From the NCBI GenBank assembly GCA_012295275.1, contig CM022674.1:5456001-5520000 (forward strand): DNA of 64,000 nucleotides, given 5' to 3'. The notes beneath the pieces were generated by a model that was not told the origin of the DNA, searched no databases, and worked only from the letters and a program-made list of their open reading frames with translations. The translations under genes and the position numbers were made by a program. Shown piece by piece: positions 14,005 to 29,319 of this stretch (position 1 is the first letter of the stretch; each line of letters starts with the position of its first letter). This stretch comes from Chrysomallon squamiferum. Its lineage: Eukaryota > Animalia > Mollusca.

Positions 14005-14761
14005 TTATTTTTTTTATATTATGATTATTATTATTATTTTCTTAATGGTAATACAAATTTATGTTTTTACGATAACAGAAAAGAAACGACAATAGATTAA
14101 CAAACGGTGAATTCTCCTGAGGCAATTTTTGTGATTATTATTTTTTTTTTTTTTTTTTTTTTTAAATTTCTTTTTCTTTAAACTCTAGAAACTATTTAAA
14201 ATGTCCGTTTTGTTTTTTAATTGGTTTATGTTGTACTTTGGATCCAGCGTGCGTAGTGACAAAACGGACAAAATAATGTCTTCCTAAGCGATAGGTACTG
14301 GATACTGGCCCAGGGCGACGTAATTCAGTTTTTCACAAAGAGTGTAGATATACAAGACATTTCAATTTAATGTCAAGATAGACTCTTTATAAAAGTGCTG
14401 TATGATATAATGACTTCTATCTGAGTTCAATTTTTTTTTTTTTTTTTTTTTTTAATTAGCCTCTGTAGCTTTTGTCTATGCTGTTGATGTTGCCATCGTC
14501 GTCGTTATTGTTGTTGCTGTTATTACTGCTGCTACTACTACTACTGCTATCACTACTACCACTGCTGCTACTCCTCCTACTACTACTATTACTATTAGTA
14601 CTACTGCTGCTGCTACTACTACTACAATCACTACTTCTATTACTACTTCTACTACGATATGGTGAAAGCGTTTAATATTTTCTGTAACACCTTCTACAAG
14701 GAATCGTTGTCTCATCATTTGCTACTCTCATATGAAAGACACTTTCATTTTGAAATAAACA

Positions 14762-15270
14762 CCACACACACACACACATACATACATACACACACAGACA
14801 TACACACACACATACACACACATACACACATACACACACTTATATATATATATACATACACACACATACATAAAAACATACACACGCAGAACTGCACATA
14901 TGCACACAAACAGACACACAGAAACATACACACATTCAATACAAATACACACAACATAAACACACAGACACACATACACACACACATATATATATACATA
15001 TACACACAACAGAACTACATTATATACACAAACACACGCAGACATAAACATATACACATATGTGCAGACTTACAGACACATACATAAACACAGAGACATA
15101 CCCACATAAACACATACACATAAACACATATATAGACTTACACATATACACACATGCACTTACACACATAGACACACACCTACACAAACAGCCACACACA
15201 CATACATATATATACACATACACACAACAAAAATCCACACATACACACACTCACACACGTACGTACACAA
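14762..15270. repeat. Decayed CA/TA-rich simple repeat
   Basis: Seen directly. Confidence 0.9.
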
Positions 15271-15644
15271 ACACTCGCACAAACAGCAGCTGCCTGACAG
15301 CGTTATCACAAACACTCCGTCAGCCTCCCTACTCGACATCTACATCACCAGCTACCACAATCAACAGCTTCCGTGTCGAAACAAAATCGCTGCCAGGAAT
15401 AGCAGCTTACAGATCCATTATCCAAATGGCATATGTTGCGAAAAGACGCGAGTCCATAAATATCTGCTGAAATACTTTTGGCTTGCGTATAATTGGTGTC
15501 GATATTTATTACCTATTTGAATATTTGAGCCATCTTCCAATCAATATTTTTTGGTTTTGTTTACGTTTATCACATCGGGGAAGAAATACGATAAATAATC
15601 TCGCTGGCATTATGGTGTCGTGATTACCGGACGTTGTTACAGAG

Positions 15645-15700
15645 CCGCGGTGAATTGTGGGATCGATCAGACTCGGTGAGCCCGTTGAGTTACTTCCCCT
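15645..15700 (+). mobile_element. Decayed SINE-like head fragment
   Basis: gcggtgaattgtgggatcgatcagactcggtgagcccgttgagttacttccc: B-box-like gggatcgatc followed by the ccc(a/g)ttg..(c/t)ta(t/c)ttcc segment also seen at 18355-18383. Confidence 0.55.
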
Positions 15701-15848
15701 TAGAGACATAGTTTCGCTGTCGAATGGTTTTTTTTTTTTTTTTTTTTTTTTTGGATGATTATATATTTTGCTTTGTATAAATATTTTATATGTACGATTT
15801 ACATGTCTAAATCAATATAACACTACTGTATAAATAATAATAAGAAGA

Positions 15849-15849
<1 letters not shown>

Positions 15850-15902
<53 letters not shown>

Positions 15903-15905
15903 TTT

Positions 15906-15962
<57 letters not shown>

Positions 15963-15981
15963 CAGCAGCAGCAGCAGCAGT
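15850..15981. repeat. Compound (TTA)n-(TAG)n-(CAG)n
   Basis: Seen directly. Confidence 0.95.
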
Positions 15982-16099
15982 ATTATGTTATAATTATTAT
16001 TATGAAATCGCAATATAATGCCAAAACCTTGTCTTAGATAACTAACTTTTGCGCGTCCAGTTTCGTATTATCATAAGTCAGGGGGAGTCATTACGTCAC

Positions 16100-16505
16100 G
16101 ATTGCTGTTACTAATTTCCTCCCACGATATGCGACTGTTACATATCCCTTGACTTCTGTGTGGTTACTTTACCCTCCCTCGGGAAATTCGTCAATTACTT
16201 TTTTCTCCCACCAATTATTTGTCTGTTATTTTTCCCTCCCATGAAATATTTATCACTTACATTTGCCTCCCACGAGATATTTTTCCGTTACTGTTTGTTT
16301 TTTTTTTTTTTTTTTTTGTTTTTTTTTTTTTTTATCCTGCCATTTATTTTTCTGTTACTTTAACTCACCCACGCAAAAAAAATATATATATATTTGTCCT
16401 TTACTTTCTCTCTCACCAATTATATTTCTGTTACTTTTTACTCCCACTAGTTACTTTTTGCTCCGTTACTTTTCCCTCCCAAAAAATTTGCTGTCAACAA
16501 CTTTC
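16100..16505. repeat. Degenerate ~30 bp minisatellite, core ctgttactttt..ccctccca
   Basis: Roughly ten diverged copies of ttac/ttat-tttt...ctccca/ctcacc. Confidence 0.65.
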
Positions 16506-17249
16506 CATAGCAATTACACAGATGATTAGTTAATGTAATATTCGTCTGTTCAAAAATCAAATGGAAATTGTAAAATATCAAAGAACATTTATTCTGCTAC
16601 CATAATTACTTTTGACGTTTGCTGTCGTTTGCACTAAGCTTTAATAATACACATTCATTCCAATGGTGGGAAAAGTGAGAGAAACAAAACAGAACAAGAA
16701 TGGAAAAAATGAAAAAAAAAAATCAAATAAGAAATATAAAAAAAAAAAACTGCACATATACAAATTACTTTGACCTGTATACTTTTTGTTCTTCATATTT
16801 CCTGTCTTTCGAGCAAAAATGCTGTGTTCTTTGTTACTTCATCCCGCAGCCTCGATCCCATAGATCTCGTTGTTTACATCCACACTCTCGCGGGATTTCG
16901 GAATTCGAAATTTAACGAAGTAAAAAAACGTCATAAGATGAAACATAAATGCCAAATGAATAATTAAAAAAAGAAAAATAATCAGAGTTTAAATATTTGT
17001 CACAAAAACTGCTAGATATAAAAGACAAATGCAAACGGATGCTTTTTTGTTTCGTTAATCCTAAGCCATGTTTACATTGCCCACATAAACTATAACAGCT
17101 TTTGACTATGACAGTCTGCGTGACGTCATTATTTCTTATTGTATAAAAAGTTAATGGAGCTACAAGGACATCGATTTAAATGTAATATTTGTATCAGTGT
17201 AACGTGTTAGATTAAGAATTTATTAGTTGAAAATAAATAAATAAATAAA

Positions 17250-17304
<55 letters not shown>

Positions 17305-17431
17305 TCAGTTTATATATATATATATTTTTTTTTTTTTTCGTATAGGTAATTTATTATTTAACGCGAAATACATATAACATACGACATAAAAAAATTCATA
17401 TATATATTATTTAAAACTATGTGTCATAGAT

Positions 17432-17495
17432 AATGGGAGCAATTCTCCTCTCTATTACCCGTTCCAACCAGCGCAGCCAATTGATCAGTTAAAGA
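17432..17495 (+). mobile_element. Decayed SINE-like fragment
   Basis: ctattacccgttccaaccagcgc matches the family core tatttcccgttcca.ccagtgc. Confidence 0.5.
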
Positions 17496-18023
17496 TATAT
17501 ATATATAAAAGTCCTGAAAATGTTCAGGAAATATGTATTATGTTTGATTCACTCAGGAAACCAACAAACGAGATTTCCCATGGCATCACTTTACGTTGTT
17601 TATACGGACCCTTGGCTTTCCACGGGTCATTGCCCACTCTGACCGTGTTACTCTCATCTCAGTGATTACGTACATTTTCACGAAAATTTGTCCTGTTAAT
17701 AAATATTTCTGAAACACATATGTGTGTGCACACAAATATACACAGACACATGCATATCTATAAACATCATACGGACATTATAACAACCCCCCAGTTTCCC
17801 TAATATGTGATACAAATCATTTCGTATTTTTGTAAAAAAACAAACAAATTGTAGATGAAATATATATTTAAAAAAATGAGGTTGAAACAAAAATTATAAC
17901 AATTATCACGTGTATCTGTCTATTTATTTCTGTATATTTGCTTCTTCCAAAGGACATTTCACTCGATCTTGCAGTAAATAGGAAATTTCATGTTCACAGG
18001 CATCAGTAAACAATGTCACATGC

Positions 18024-18070
18024 ATTTAACTGGAACAAGAAACGGCCCAGTAATGAATGGTACCGTTGAC
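18024..18070 (-). mobile_element. Decayed SINE-like fragment
   Basis: Reverse complement ctgggccgtttcttgttccag matches the family core. Confidence 0.4.
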
Positions 18071-18325
18071 ATTTAATCTTGCTAAACGTCAGCGTTTCGA
18101 AAAGCGTCTGAACAGACAGAATGACGTCACGCAGACTACGTCATAATAAAAGCTATTACAATTTGCGTAGGCGGTGTAAAGATGGCTTAGGATTGACGAA
18201 ACAAAAAGAATCCGGTTGTTTTGTGGTTTATATCTAGCACTTTTTTTTTTTATATTATTATAAATATTTAAACTCTGATTTTTTATTATTCTCTCTCTCT
18301 CTTTTAATTATTAATGTATTAATGA

Positions 18326-18525
18326 AGCAGTGGCCCGAGGCGTCATTGGTTTCTGGGTCGATCCTTCCCATTGAACTATTTCCTGAGATAACAGATCTGA
18401 ACACAAATCTTGCCTTATTATTATTATTTTTCTCTTATAATTTTAGCCTTCATTGGCTTATTTCCCGTTCTAACTAATGGGATATAATTTTCGAAGCGTC
18501 AGTGGTTTCGCCATCGATCATCCTT
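18326..18525 (+). mobile_element. Tandem decayed SINE-like head fragments
   Basis: gaggcgtcattggtttctgggtcgatccttcccattgaactatttcc, then cattggcttatttcccgttctaac, then gaagcgtcagtggtttcgccatcgatc. Confidence 0.55.
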
Positions 18526-18989
18526 TCAAACAAACAAACAAAAATTAAAAAAATAAAATCAAATCAAATAAAAATTAAATAAATAAATAAATGAATTTCA
18601 AAAATAACAATGACTACAACAGCAACAATGATCACATTCTAAAAAAAAAAAAAAAAAACATTTCCAACCACGGACAGTTAGGACGCCAAACTTAGGTCAC
18701 GTTCAAATTAGTTCTGACGTTATTTTCAAACACATTTACGAATCTAAACCGGCCCCATTCCCCGGGCCAGCTTCTAAAACGCTAAGCCGGACTAAGTAAG
18801 CTGTAACCACTAGTTAGCAGATCCAGAGACACATGTTCAAGAAGTATATTTCTGTATTATCCAGCCGGAATTAACCTATTTTTCTTTTTGGGGGGGGGTT
18901 GTAATAATATCAGCCTGCCTAGAGCAATGTTAGAGATTTAATGTAAGAGTTTAAAATGTGTATGTGTGTCTGTGTACGTGTCTGTGTGC

Positions 18990-19112
<123 letters not shown>

Positions 19113-20842
19113 GGAGACAAATATGTAAATGATTATAAATTTTTTGATCGATTATGATGTAGTCTTGAAATATACATTCATAAGACTATGTATGTATGTA
19201 TGTATGTATGTATATGTAGGTACGTCCTGTTTAATGGTCTGTCTCTCTGTCTGCCTGTGTGTATATATGTATACTGTTTAGTTTATATATGTATTTTTCT
19301 GTCTTTGTCTCTATCTCTCTAACCAACTATGTGTCCATCTATCTACCTATCTATTTATCTCTCTCTATCTATCTATATATATATATATATATATAGCCAT
19401 CTATCCATCCATCCATCCATCCATCCATCCACACTTCTATATATTTCAGTATATACGTATTTATCTATATAATAAGTCTGGAGGTGGTGTTTTTTTTTTT
19501 TTTTTTAATGCCTCTGAAATGTTCTCAGAAAGACCAGCAGGCAGAGAGAGATCGATGAAGTATTCTAGAAATTATTACTTCATTATTACATGTCAGAGTA
19601 TGAAAGAAACGGAACAGCGGCGTGTTTAACTAGGTACTAATCGCCAAAACCACTCAACGTTTATATGCAACATGGCTTCTCTATTACTCGCCTGCTTCGT
19701 AAATTTCCAATTATACCGATGCGGTGCACGAATGCTTGCAATATGTAGCACTTATTGTAGAAGAAAAACAAAATATATATATATTATTAAAAAGTTACAT
19801 CTTCATGAAGTGTAATAAAAAAGTGATAGGCTGTGACGTCATAATTCACATGCCGTCTAATTAATATGGCTGCAGTAGACTGGTTCTCCCCGAGTTCTGC
19901 GGCGGAGTAATATCAACCCGAACTATTTTGTCGTCGAGATTTTCCGTCTCGTTTCGTGAAAAAAAAAATGTAAAATTTGTGTCGACGTCGTTGTTTCTCG
20001 TTTAGTTTTCAGATGAAGACAGAGGTTAGAGACGCGAGAACAAAATTTTATTTTATACAGATGATTATAAACAATATAGTGGAAATGAAATTTAATGCGA
20101 AAATAAAATTCAAAGAGTGACGACAAAATGTTTCAAGAGAAGCCATGTGTTAGCAGAAATACATTGATTAAAACCTACAGTGATTTCCATTTAGAAAAAA
20201 TTCAACCAAGGTTATCTGTAACTGTCCAAGTCCACCCGAAATACAAATTACATTTTGGGTCGCCCCATCTCTCTTTAATTCTCAAGCGTACCAAGACTGA
20301 ATTTAACCCTAATGCATATCAGTTTGCCAGACGACAGGAATCTTTACCAGTAGCGTGAACTCAACCAAAGGGAATTTTTACCTTCTGGAAAGATCGTATT
20401 AATACCCGGAAAGTGCCCACGGCATGTCATTACAAACTATGAGATTACAGAAATGATGAAACCTATTTACATGAATCTGTGTCTTTAATCTTTCTGAGCG
20501 TACGAATGAGGTATCAAAGGTTGCAGTATGTTGTTTGTATATACATATAATACAAATAATGATAAAACCTGAAGGGTAGTAGATTATAACTGTACGCATA
20601 TCAGCCTATATTCAGAGGTTTAGAGAGTGTTTTTTTTTCTATCTCTCACGAAAAGATATTGCAGTGTACATTTTTACTTATATACACACGCATGTGTTCA
20701 TATATTCGTACAATCTTATATCTTTCCTTCATACCTTCTTGTACCTTGTTATTTTTATCTATTTTTATTGTCGTTTTCTCTCTATCCTTTTCACTTTCCC
20801 TACCCTCCCTCCATCTCTCAATCTTCTCTCTATATGTCTGTC

Positions 20843-20976
20843 TCTGGGTACTTTTTTGTTTTTTTTCGCTTCTGTCAGTCTAGTCATCTATTTGTCTATT
20901 TTCAAAGATAACATACATGTCCTTTCTCTACCTCCCTCCCTCCCTCTTTCCCTCCCTCTCTCCTTTCTCTTTCTCC

Positions 20977-21036
<60 letters not shown>

Positions 21037-21076
21037 TTCTCTCTCTCCCTCCTCTCTCTCTCTCTCTCTCTCTCCG

Positions 21077-21120
<44 letters not shown>

Positions 21121-21125
21121 CACAC
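20843..21125 (+). repeat. Dispersed repeat copy 1: ~95 bp non-repetitive head plus (CT)n(CA)n tail
   Basis: tctgggtactttttt...tctagt(c/t)atctatttgtcta...ttcaaa(g/c)ataacatacatgtcctttctctacctcc is shared with 31535-31877. Confidence 0.85.
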
Positions 21126-21509
21126 AAACACACTATACCTTTCTCTACCGAACTACCTACACTAATAGCCAAACACTGAAAACCTGTATTCTAAAACCAC
21201 CAGCACAGAAAAACCACACTTAAACAAACATTAATCGAATAAACAACTAATATAGATCGCAACCGTGCAGTTCGCTTTATAATTTTCTCCGCATGAAGTC
21301 GGACATAAAAAGAATAATAATAAATAAAGAGTGCTGTGTTTACTGCGACAGCTTATGGGATACGCCGTATTAATTATAGCAGTGTGTGTTTACACGAAGT
21401 GTTGAGTAGGTAGGCTAACAATAAAGTCTGGTACTAAAAAAAATCACATTCGTAGGAAATCGGAGGAAAATAAAAACAAGAAAACCGCCAAATAAATGAA
21501 ATTAAAAGA

Positions 21510-21646
<137 letters not shown>

Positions 21647-21719
21647 AATAGAGATAGAGGAACAGACAGACACCAGAGAGAGAAAATCAAATCATTTAGA
21701 GTGAAAGTCCATATATATC

Positions 21720-21862
21720 GATTATGTTATATTACATTACATTATATTATATTCTATTATATTATATTATATTATATTATATTATATTATATTATATTAT
21801 ATTATATTATATTATATTATATCATATTATATTACATTATTTTATATTATATTACATTATAT
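21720..21862. repeat. (ATATT)n pentanucleotide repeat
   Basis: Seen directly. Confidence 0.93.
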
Positions 21863-22433
21863 ACTTATTTGTTTATTTATTTATTTGCGTATAGATGTAT
21901 CCTTTGTGCTTTCAATTCAAAAACTTTTCATACAGTCTATTTTATTTCATTTTTATGGGGTTTTTTGTTGCTGTTTTTTTTTTCTTTGCTTACTTGATCA
22001 ACCGATTTTGTCCATGTGCGCTGAACTCCAAAGCGGTTCACTTCGAACATTTCATGCTGGCACAAAGGGGCTGTCTTTAAGCACACTTTTCCGGGTGTTT
22101 TCTTGTTTTTTTTTTTTTATTTGTCGCATGGACGGTTATGACAATAAAAAATCAACAAAAAAACATGCAACATAAAGCTGAAACAAAATGAAGTAATGTC
22201 TGCATCAGCGCACTTTATCAATGTTTGATGAGACAGCAGCGTCGTCGATATTGGATGTTTCGGCTCAATTCGCGATGTACTGTTGTGAACGAGTGGAAGA
22301 ACTGTATGTGTTTTTGAATAATCGAAAAATGTGACGTAACAACAGGAAAGCTTTACGGGTGGACTGGATGAAAACTAAGGGATGCTTTTGATGGGTGAAA
22401 TGGTAAAACGGTGACGATGGGTAAAACGGAGGT

Positions 22434-22479
<46 letters not shown>

Positions 22480-24266
22480 ATAGGGGTTTATGGATTATAG
22501 TGAAAAAAATAATTTTAAAAATGAGTGTATGATGGGAATGAAACGGTAAATTAGAAAGTAAAAGAGAGATTAGGAAAGGGTTATTGGCCAGACACATACA
22601 TAAAACAAAAAAATAAATTAATAATAATAATAATAATAATAAATTTGGCATGTGTGGTCAAAATGATGAACAAAAGGGAAGGTTTTATGAACGAAATTAA
22701 TTAAATAAACAATAAAAAAAAGAAAAAAAAAAAGGTTTTTAATGAAAGAAATGATAACGAAAATCAATGAGGGTTTATAAAATAGTTATAAACGGGGTTA
22801 CGTGTGGAAAAAGAACAACAAACAAACAGAGCGTTAAATTTAAACAACGCTGAACGAAAGAGGATTTTTTTTGCTGGTTGAGTACAGACAGACTTACGAA
22901 GAGAAAACACGCGTGAAATGGAGACGTAACAAGAGCGTTAAGAGAGAAAACACGCGCTTTGTGCGACGTCCATTGTACAAATTAAATCGAAAAATTTAAA
23001 GTGTTAACGCTCGGCTTGAAGTAAATATTAAATCGCGATTTTTTTTTTGAATGACGACCAACGAAATGAAAAATAATCGATTATCGCCTTTTGTCCAAAT
23101 CGGACAGTGTGTTTAATTAATCGCTCGAACTCTTAATTATTTCATTATTCACGAAAAATCTCATCCTTTTTAGCCGTGTTCAATGCGATGTTTGAGCATC
23201 GCAACGCAAAACTTTCATCAACAAATTAAACGAATTATGTTGCAATATAAAATGAATAAAACTTTCGCCTCGACGTTAGAATTGGGTGTATTTTCCTTCT
23301 CCTTTGGGAAATTTCCGTTAATTTCGAATTCATCTAAAAAAATGAAAAAACCCAACGAACATTGAAGTGTTAAAAACACAGTTGATTTCACTAAGCTAAT
23401 ACAAGAACTCGACAAACATGTTCTTTTTTTATTAATTCGACATATCGGTTTTCGACCGTCCATCGGCGATTTCCAATAAAACCATCTTGACGGGGAAAAT
23501 ACGTAAATAAACTTCCCGCCATAACTTGATTTCGTCCTCATAACGACTGATTGAAATCAAACACTTCGCGAATGTCGATGCATATCTAACACGCTTCCCG
23601 ACCCCTCCCACCTCTCTCTGCGGAACCGCCCTGTCTGCGTAATACATCTTGAAAGCGTCTGATTGTCTGCCAGTCATTCGTCTGTCAACTTGATGATTGT
23701 GTTTCATTTACGCTTGTCAAACATGAACGGCATATGTCGTTTTCTCATACGTTGCTACTACTACTACTACTACTACCACAATTGTTATTACTACTGCTAC
23801 GACAACGATCGCAATTACCACTTCTGTGCTGTTACTACTATTACTATTAATATTACTATTACTGCTTGTACTACCACCAGCACCTCTACTACTACTACTA
23901 CTACTTCTACGACTATTGCTTTTGTTACCACCAGCACCTCAAATACTACTACTACTACTACTACTGCTTCTACGACTACTGCTACTACAACAGTACTAAT
24001 ATTAATTCAGCTGAAAATAGAAAAGAATTGTATAATATTGGTAAATATCTTTCGCTCTCAATGTATACAACTGTCCATCCTGTATTTCTTGTATCACTTA
24101 TCACCTGTTTATGTTTCTCTGTTTTTGTATATGAATTGCAAGCCACTGAGCCCAAAGGCTTCAAGCTAATAAAATTAATGTAATTAATACTAATACTAGT
24201 ACAAGTAATTCTACTTTCACTACTAAGTACAAGCATTTACTACTATTATTGCCATTAGTACTACTA

Positions 24267-24379
<113 letters not shown>

Positions 24380-25020
24380 TTGTCGTTTCAGATACAACAA
24401 AATTTCACTAACATGATGCAAGGTAAGAACATCTTTCGTATTTGTTACTGTGTGTGTGGGTTTGACAAAGTAGATGAGTAACTATCGTATAGACACATAT
24501 AATACACAAACGCATGTATACAAACTGACAATAATCCAGAACAAAAACAAAATAATTTTGAAAACAACAACGATGACGTTGCGCCTAAAATAAAAACATT
24601 ATTTTTAAATGCAATATGTATCGTTGAGGATTGTGAATGCATCTGTGTGTAAATGCGAGTGCGCGTGCTTATTTGTGAATGCTATAAATATTTCACTTCG
24701 TTGTCTAATAAATCGTATCTTAGAGACAAAGCAGCGTTTCATCTTTATACAAATACACACATATTATATACATATATATATATACTATATACGTACTCAT
24801 ACACACATAGATATACATACATATTTACATACACACACAAACGCACACACACGCACAAAGAAATACGCAAACACACACTCACACATGAATACACGTGTAT
24901 AACTAATTTAATTAAACGTTGTTCGCTAACCTGCTTGCTACATTGTACGGAACGAAAACAACCTAAACCACTGGAACAAAACAAAAAACTGTGTTACACA
25001 TCATCACTCAGTGAGCAGCG

Positions 25021-25100
25021 ACAGGACGCAGGATCAATTCTCGTCACTGCGACTTTTGAAATTTGTTCCGTTCTAACCAATGCTCCATGACCAGTATTCA
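25021..25100 (+). mobile_element. Decayed SINE-like fragment
   Basis: gcaggatcaattctcgtc...ttgttccgttctaaccaatgctccatgaccagtat; B-box-like word plus the family core. Confidence 0.55.
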
Positions 25101-25595
25101 AAACAAAGTGTCCGATGTATTTTCTTCTACTCATAAAAGAACAAAAATCAAATACAAGTTATCTTTCCGCCAGTCGACGAGATATTTTATTGAGTGACAG
25201 CTGGTTTGGTCTCCGATATTGTTGCCAAAGTCACACAAGTGATAGGAAACAATCTTTAATACGAAATTCATGTACAGATTACACAAACATTTATTTATTC
25301 ACTGAGCCGCCGAAAACGTTACCGTTATAAAGTTGGCGTTAGCGTAAACGTGAAGACGTGAGATTGTACGTGTTTGTCCTTGTAACGTTTTTTTTGTCTC
25401 TCAATTAAGGTCACGTACTTTTCAGTCGTTCCTCTCTCTCTGCTGGTTTTGTCATATCCAGATCAGTTTTTCGGAAATGTTCAAAATGTCAGGCGTCCTT
25501 AACTTCGTTTCGAGTGCAGTTGTTAAAACAAAAAATTAATTTCGTAATTCTGAGAACAGATTGAAACTTGTTGAACTTGTTATAATGAATCTTTC

Positions 25596-25627
<32 letters not shown>

Positions 25628-26232
25628 TCGCGAATCCAAAAAATAAGTTAAAAAAAAAAAAAGAAGAAGTATAAGAAGAAGTGGGGAGGAATTTAGAACA
25701 GCCGCCCGGGTGCACTAGATGTGTCAGCAATCCTGATTGGTCGAGTGGGATAACCTGAGACAGTTTGACATCAGCTGTCACTACAAATGAATACGGTCTA
25801 CGTACCTGGCGAGCGAATCTGCTTAAAAACTGTCCACTTTCGATCATCTACGGCGAGGGGGGGGGGAAAATACGTCGATGGCTCTTCACTGTTTACAAGA
25901 TGATGTTGTTTTTGTGAACGTTTTAATTAATAAATGATCCGGAGATTATGTGTCAGCGGTTTGAATGTCTCTCTGACACATGTAGGTCACAGTAACGAAA
26001 TGGATCGCGCTGTTGTCTATGACGTAGCTAGTTAATAAGGTCGTTGTGGCGGTGTAGTCTTGAACTTGAGATTTACTACGTGTCACGTCGTATTGTGTGT
26101 GTATGTACGTGCTTCATTACGTGTGTGTGTGTGTGTGTATTTATACTGTGTAGTGTTTCGTGTGTGACTTTAGTTGCAATATAAGAATTTGAGTCTCTTT
26201 TGATGAGTGAGTGAGAGAGATTTTACAATAAC

Positions 26233-26346
<114 letters not shown>

Positions 26347-26809
26347 CCTTTCCCTTTCAGCCAAATTTAGAACAAATATTACTAATAACAACAACTTTTA
26401 ACCGCCAGCCCTGAAAAAAAAAAAACCAAGATTAAAATAACCATGCTAACAGAACTGATTATAATAATAATAATAAAAAAATAATAAAAATACGCTTTCA
26501 CCACGGCGATTTCAAACGAGAAACAAAGCATGCAGACGTTGATTGCACGCAAATAGATATTGAAAACATGTCATGCTACGCATTCTGAAAAGCGATGCTT
26601 AACACTGTGGCATTTTGCTTCGGGAGTTGTCGCGGTTTGAAACAGAAACACGCGAACAATAAAATGACACATAATTCGATATTCTCTGAAACGCGCGCAC
26701 GTAATTGTCGACATCAAACAAAAGAATTGACCCGGGGTGGAATCTTCCCACGCTGTTTATTTTTATTCATTCATTCGTTCGTTCATTATTCATTATTGTC
26801 GTTGTTAAC

Positions 26810-26810
<1 letters not shown>

Positions 26811-26845
<35 letters not shown>

Positions 26846-26968
26846 ACCGCTGTTCTTGTTGTTTGACTTCTTTTTCTGCTTCTTCTTCCTGTTATTATTA
26901 TTACTGTTGTTGTTGCTGCTGTCTTTGCTGTCGTTGTTGACTTCTTTTTCATCTTCTTCTTCTTATTA

Positions 26969-27030
<62 letters not shown>

Positions 27031-27110
27031 TATTACTGTTGTTGTTTATGTTGTTTATGTTGTTATTATTGTTGTTGTTGTTGTTGTTGTTGTTGTTATT
27101 ACTATTATAA
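26811..27110. repeat. Mixed trinucleotide field (ATG)n/(TTC)n/(TTA)n/(TTG)n
   Basis: Seen directly. Confidence 0.9.
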
Positions 27111-27704
27111 CTATTATCGTTTGATATATTTTTGGTTTACACTGATACACATGAAAACAGACAGTTATACGTCAGGTTGTGTAATCAAGGGACGTAATCG
27201 TCCGTCTTCTAGGAACTGCAGACGTCAGACGGTTCAAATCCCGTTCGCGCCATCTGACATTTATCAAGTCCGTGTCTGGATTTCTTTCGTTCTCCTGGAA
27301 CCGAGCGGTAATCAAACACGACATATGTGCAGAGTCTAATCAGACGTTACAAACGCCAACAGAATATTCATTTCCAAATACATTGGAAGCTAGATGTAGG
27401 AGAAAAAAAAAATAAAAAAAATAAAATAAAATAAAATAAAATAAAAGAAGAAGAATAAAAGAGAAAGAATACAACAAAAAAAAATAAAACACCAACTAAT
27501 TGTCTTTTTCCAAAAATAAAAATTATTATTCTGAATAATGGAAGCCATCTAAGTTCGTTAAGCTAACGAGAAAACGGTGGCATTTTCAAATTGGTTTAAA
27601 GAAAGGCCGTATTACTGGGCTTTAGACGTCTTTTGAAGTTCAAATAATTCGATTTATATTGCAAATGTATGGTACGGATCCTGGAGAAGAACGGTAGCTT
27701 TACT

Positions 27705-27985
27705 GTTGTTGTTTTGTTGTTGTTGTTGTTGTTTGCTGATGTTGCTGTTTTCTTTCTTTTTTTCAGTTACTGTCTTTCTTGTAATTGATCTTATTATTGC
27801 TGTTGGTGCTCTTGTTGTTGTTGTTCTTCTTCTTCTTCTTCTTCTTCTTCTTATTCTTCTTCTTATTATTATAGCTATTATTGTTATTATTATTATTATT
27901 CTTTTTATTGTGTTTATTGTAACATAACGAAAAAAATTCTTCTTCTTCATTCTTCTTATTCTTCTTCTTATTATTATTATTATTG

Positions 27986-28073
<88 letters not shown>

Positions 28074-28204
28074 GTTTTTATTGTTATTATTATTTTTTTT
28101 ATTGTGTTTATTGTAACATAACGAAAACAAAATTAACGACCGAAAAAGATCACAACAGTGATAATAACAGCAACAAGAGGAAAATAACTGAAAAATATTG
28201 TTGC

Positions 28205-28247
<43 letters not shown>

Positions 28248-28248
28248 T
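27705..28248. repeat. Mixed trinucleotide field (TTG)/(TTC)/(TTA) with a short internal duplication
   Basis: ttttattgtgtttattgtaacataacgaaaa occurs at about 27903 and 28097. Confidence 0.88.
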
Positions 28249-28774
28249 ATTAATCTACAATGGCATCTTATCTTTGCTTTGAACGTTTAACGAACGACAT
28301 GTGCGTAAGTGTTCTCTGAGTAACACTTATAATTCTCAAAACGAATACGTAAACATCTCCGCAACTCGGCCCTGCAGCTAAATAAAGTTGAAAAAAAAAA
28401 TGTAAATTATCAGCGTGATTAATCACGCGCTCCCTTAAACAGTGTAATAACTACAACAGTTAGCCCGTTCATTATTCTCCCGATTGTCGTAATTTTCCGT
28501 CTCTGTCCGCCGAATGGATCCCCGCTGCCGTGCGTCGTTTACTGCGGGGCTGTAATTTTCTCAAATTGTACACTCCGCCGTAACAGATCGGAGCACCGCA
28601 GTCCGCTGTTTAAAGTCGCCATTATTCGAAGGTGATTGATTGATTGACTTTCCCCGAGCATGCGCGTTGTGTGTTATGTTTTGACTTTTGAACTTGTGAA
28701 AGGTTTCTTCTTCTTTCTTTTTTTTTTTTTTTTTTTTTATTGATGGGGGTTGGATTTTTAAATGATGATTCAGG

Positions 28775-28809
<35 letters not shown>

Positions 28810-28984
28810 GTTGTTTTGTTTATGTTTCAATATCCACGTGACTTATTTAAAAAGTGAAGATTTGCCCAAGTAATTTATTGTGCATCAACAGTTTAATAGA
28901 TCTGTTAAGCATTTGTTAACGACGTTGATTTTAAAGAAAATTTTGTCTAAATAAAATATACTGTTTGTACTGCATTTTCGTCTT

Positions 28985-29054
<70 letters not shown>

Positions 29055-29284
29055 TTTTACTCTTTCTTTAAACACTTTGATGTTTATAACAAAATTTACT
29101 TATCCATTACAAGAACGAAAACAACGACAATAATAACGAAAATGACAACAAAAACAACAACGATCAAAACAGAAGAACATTTAAAAATAATAATAATAAT
29201 AACAACAATAATAATAATAATAACAACAATAATAATAGTAATAATAATAACAACAATAATAATAATAATGGAAATGAAGATCGA

Positions 29285-29319
<35 letters not shown>

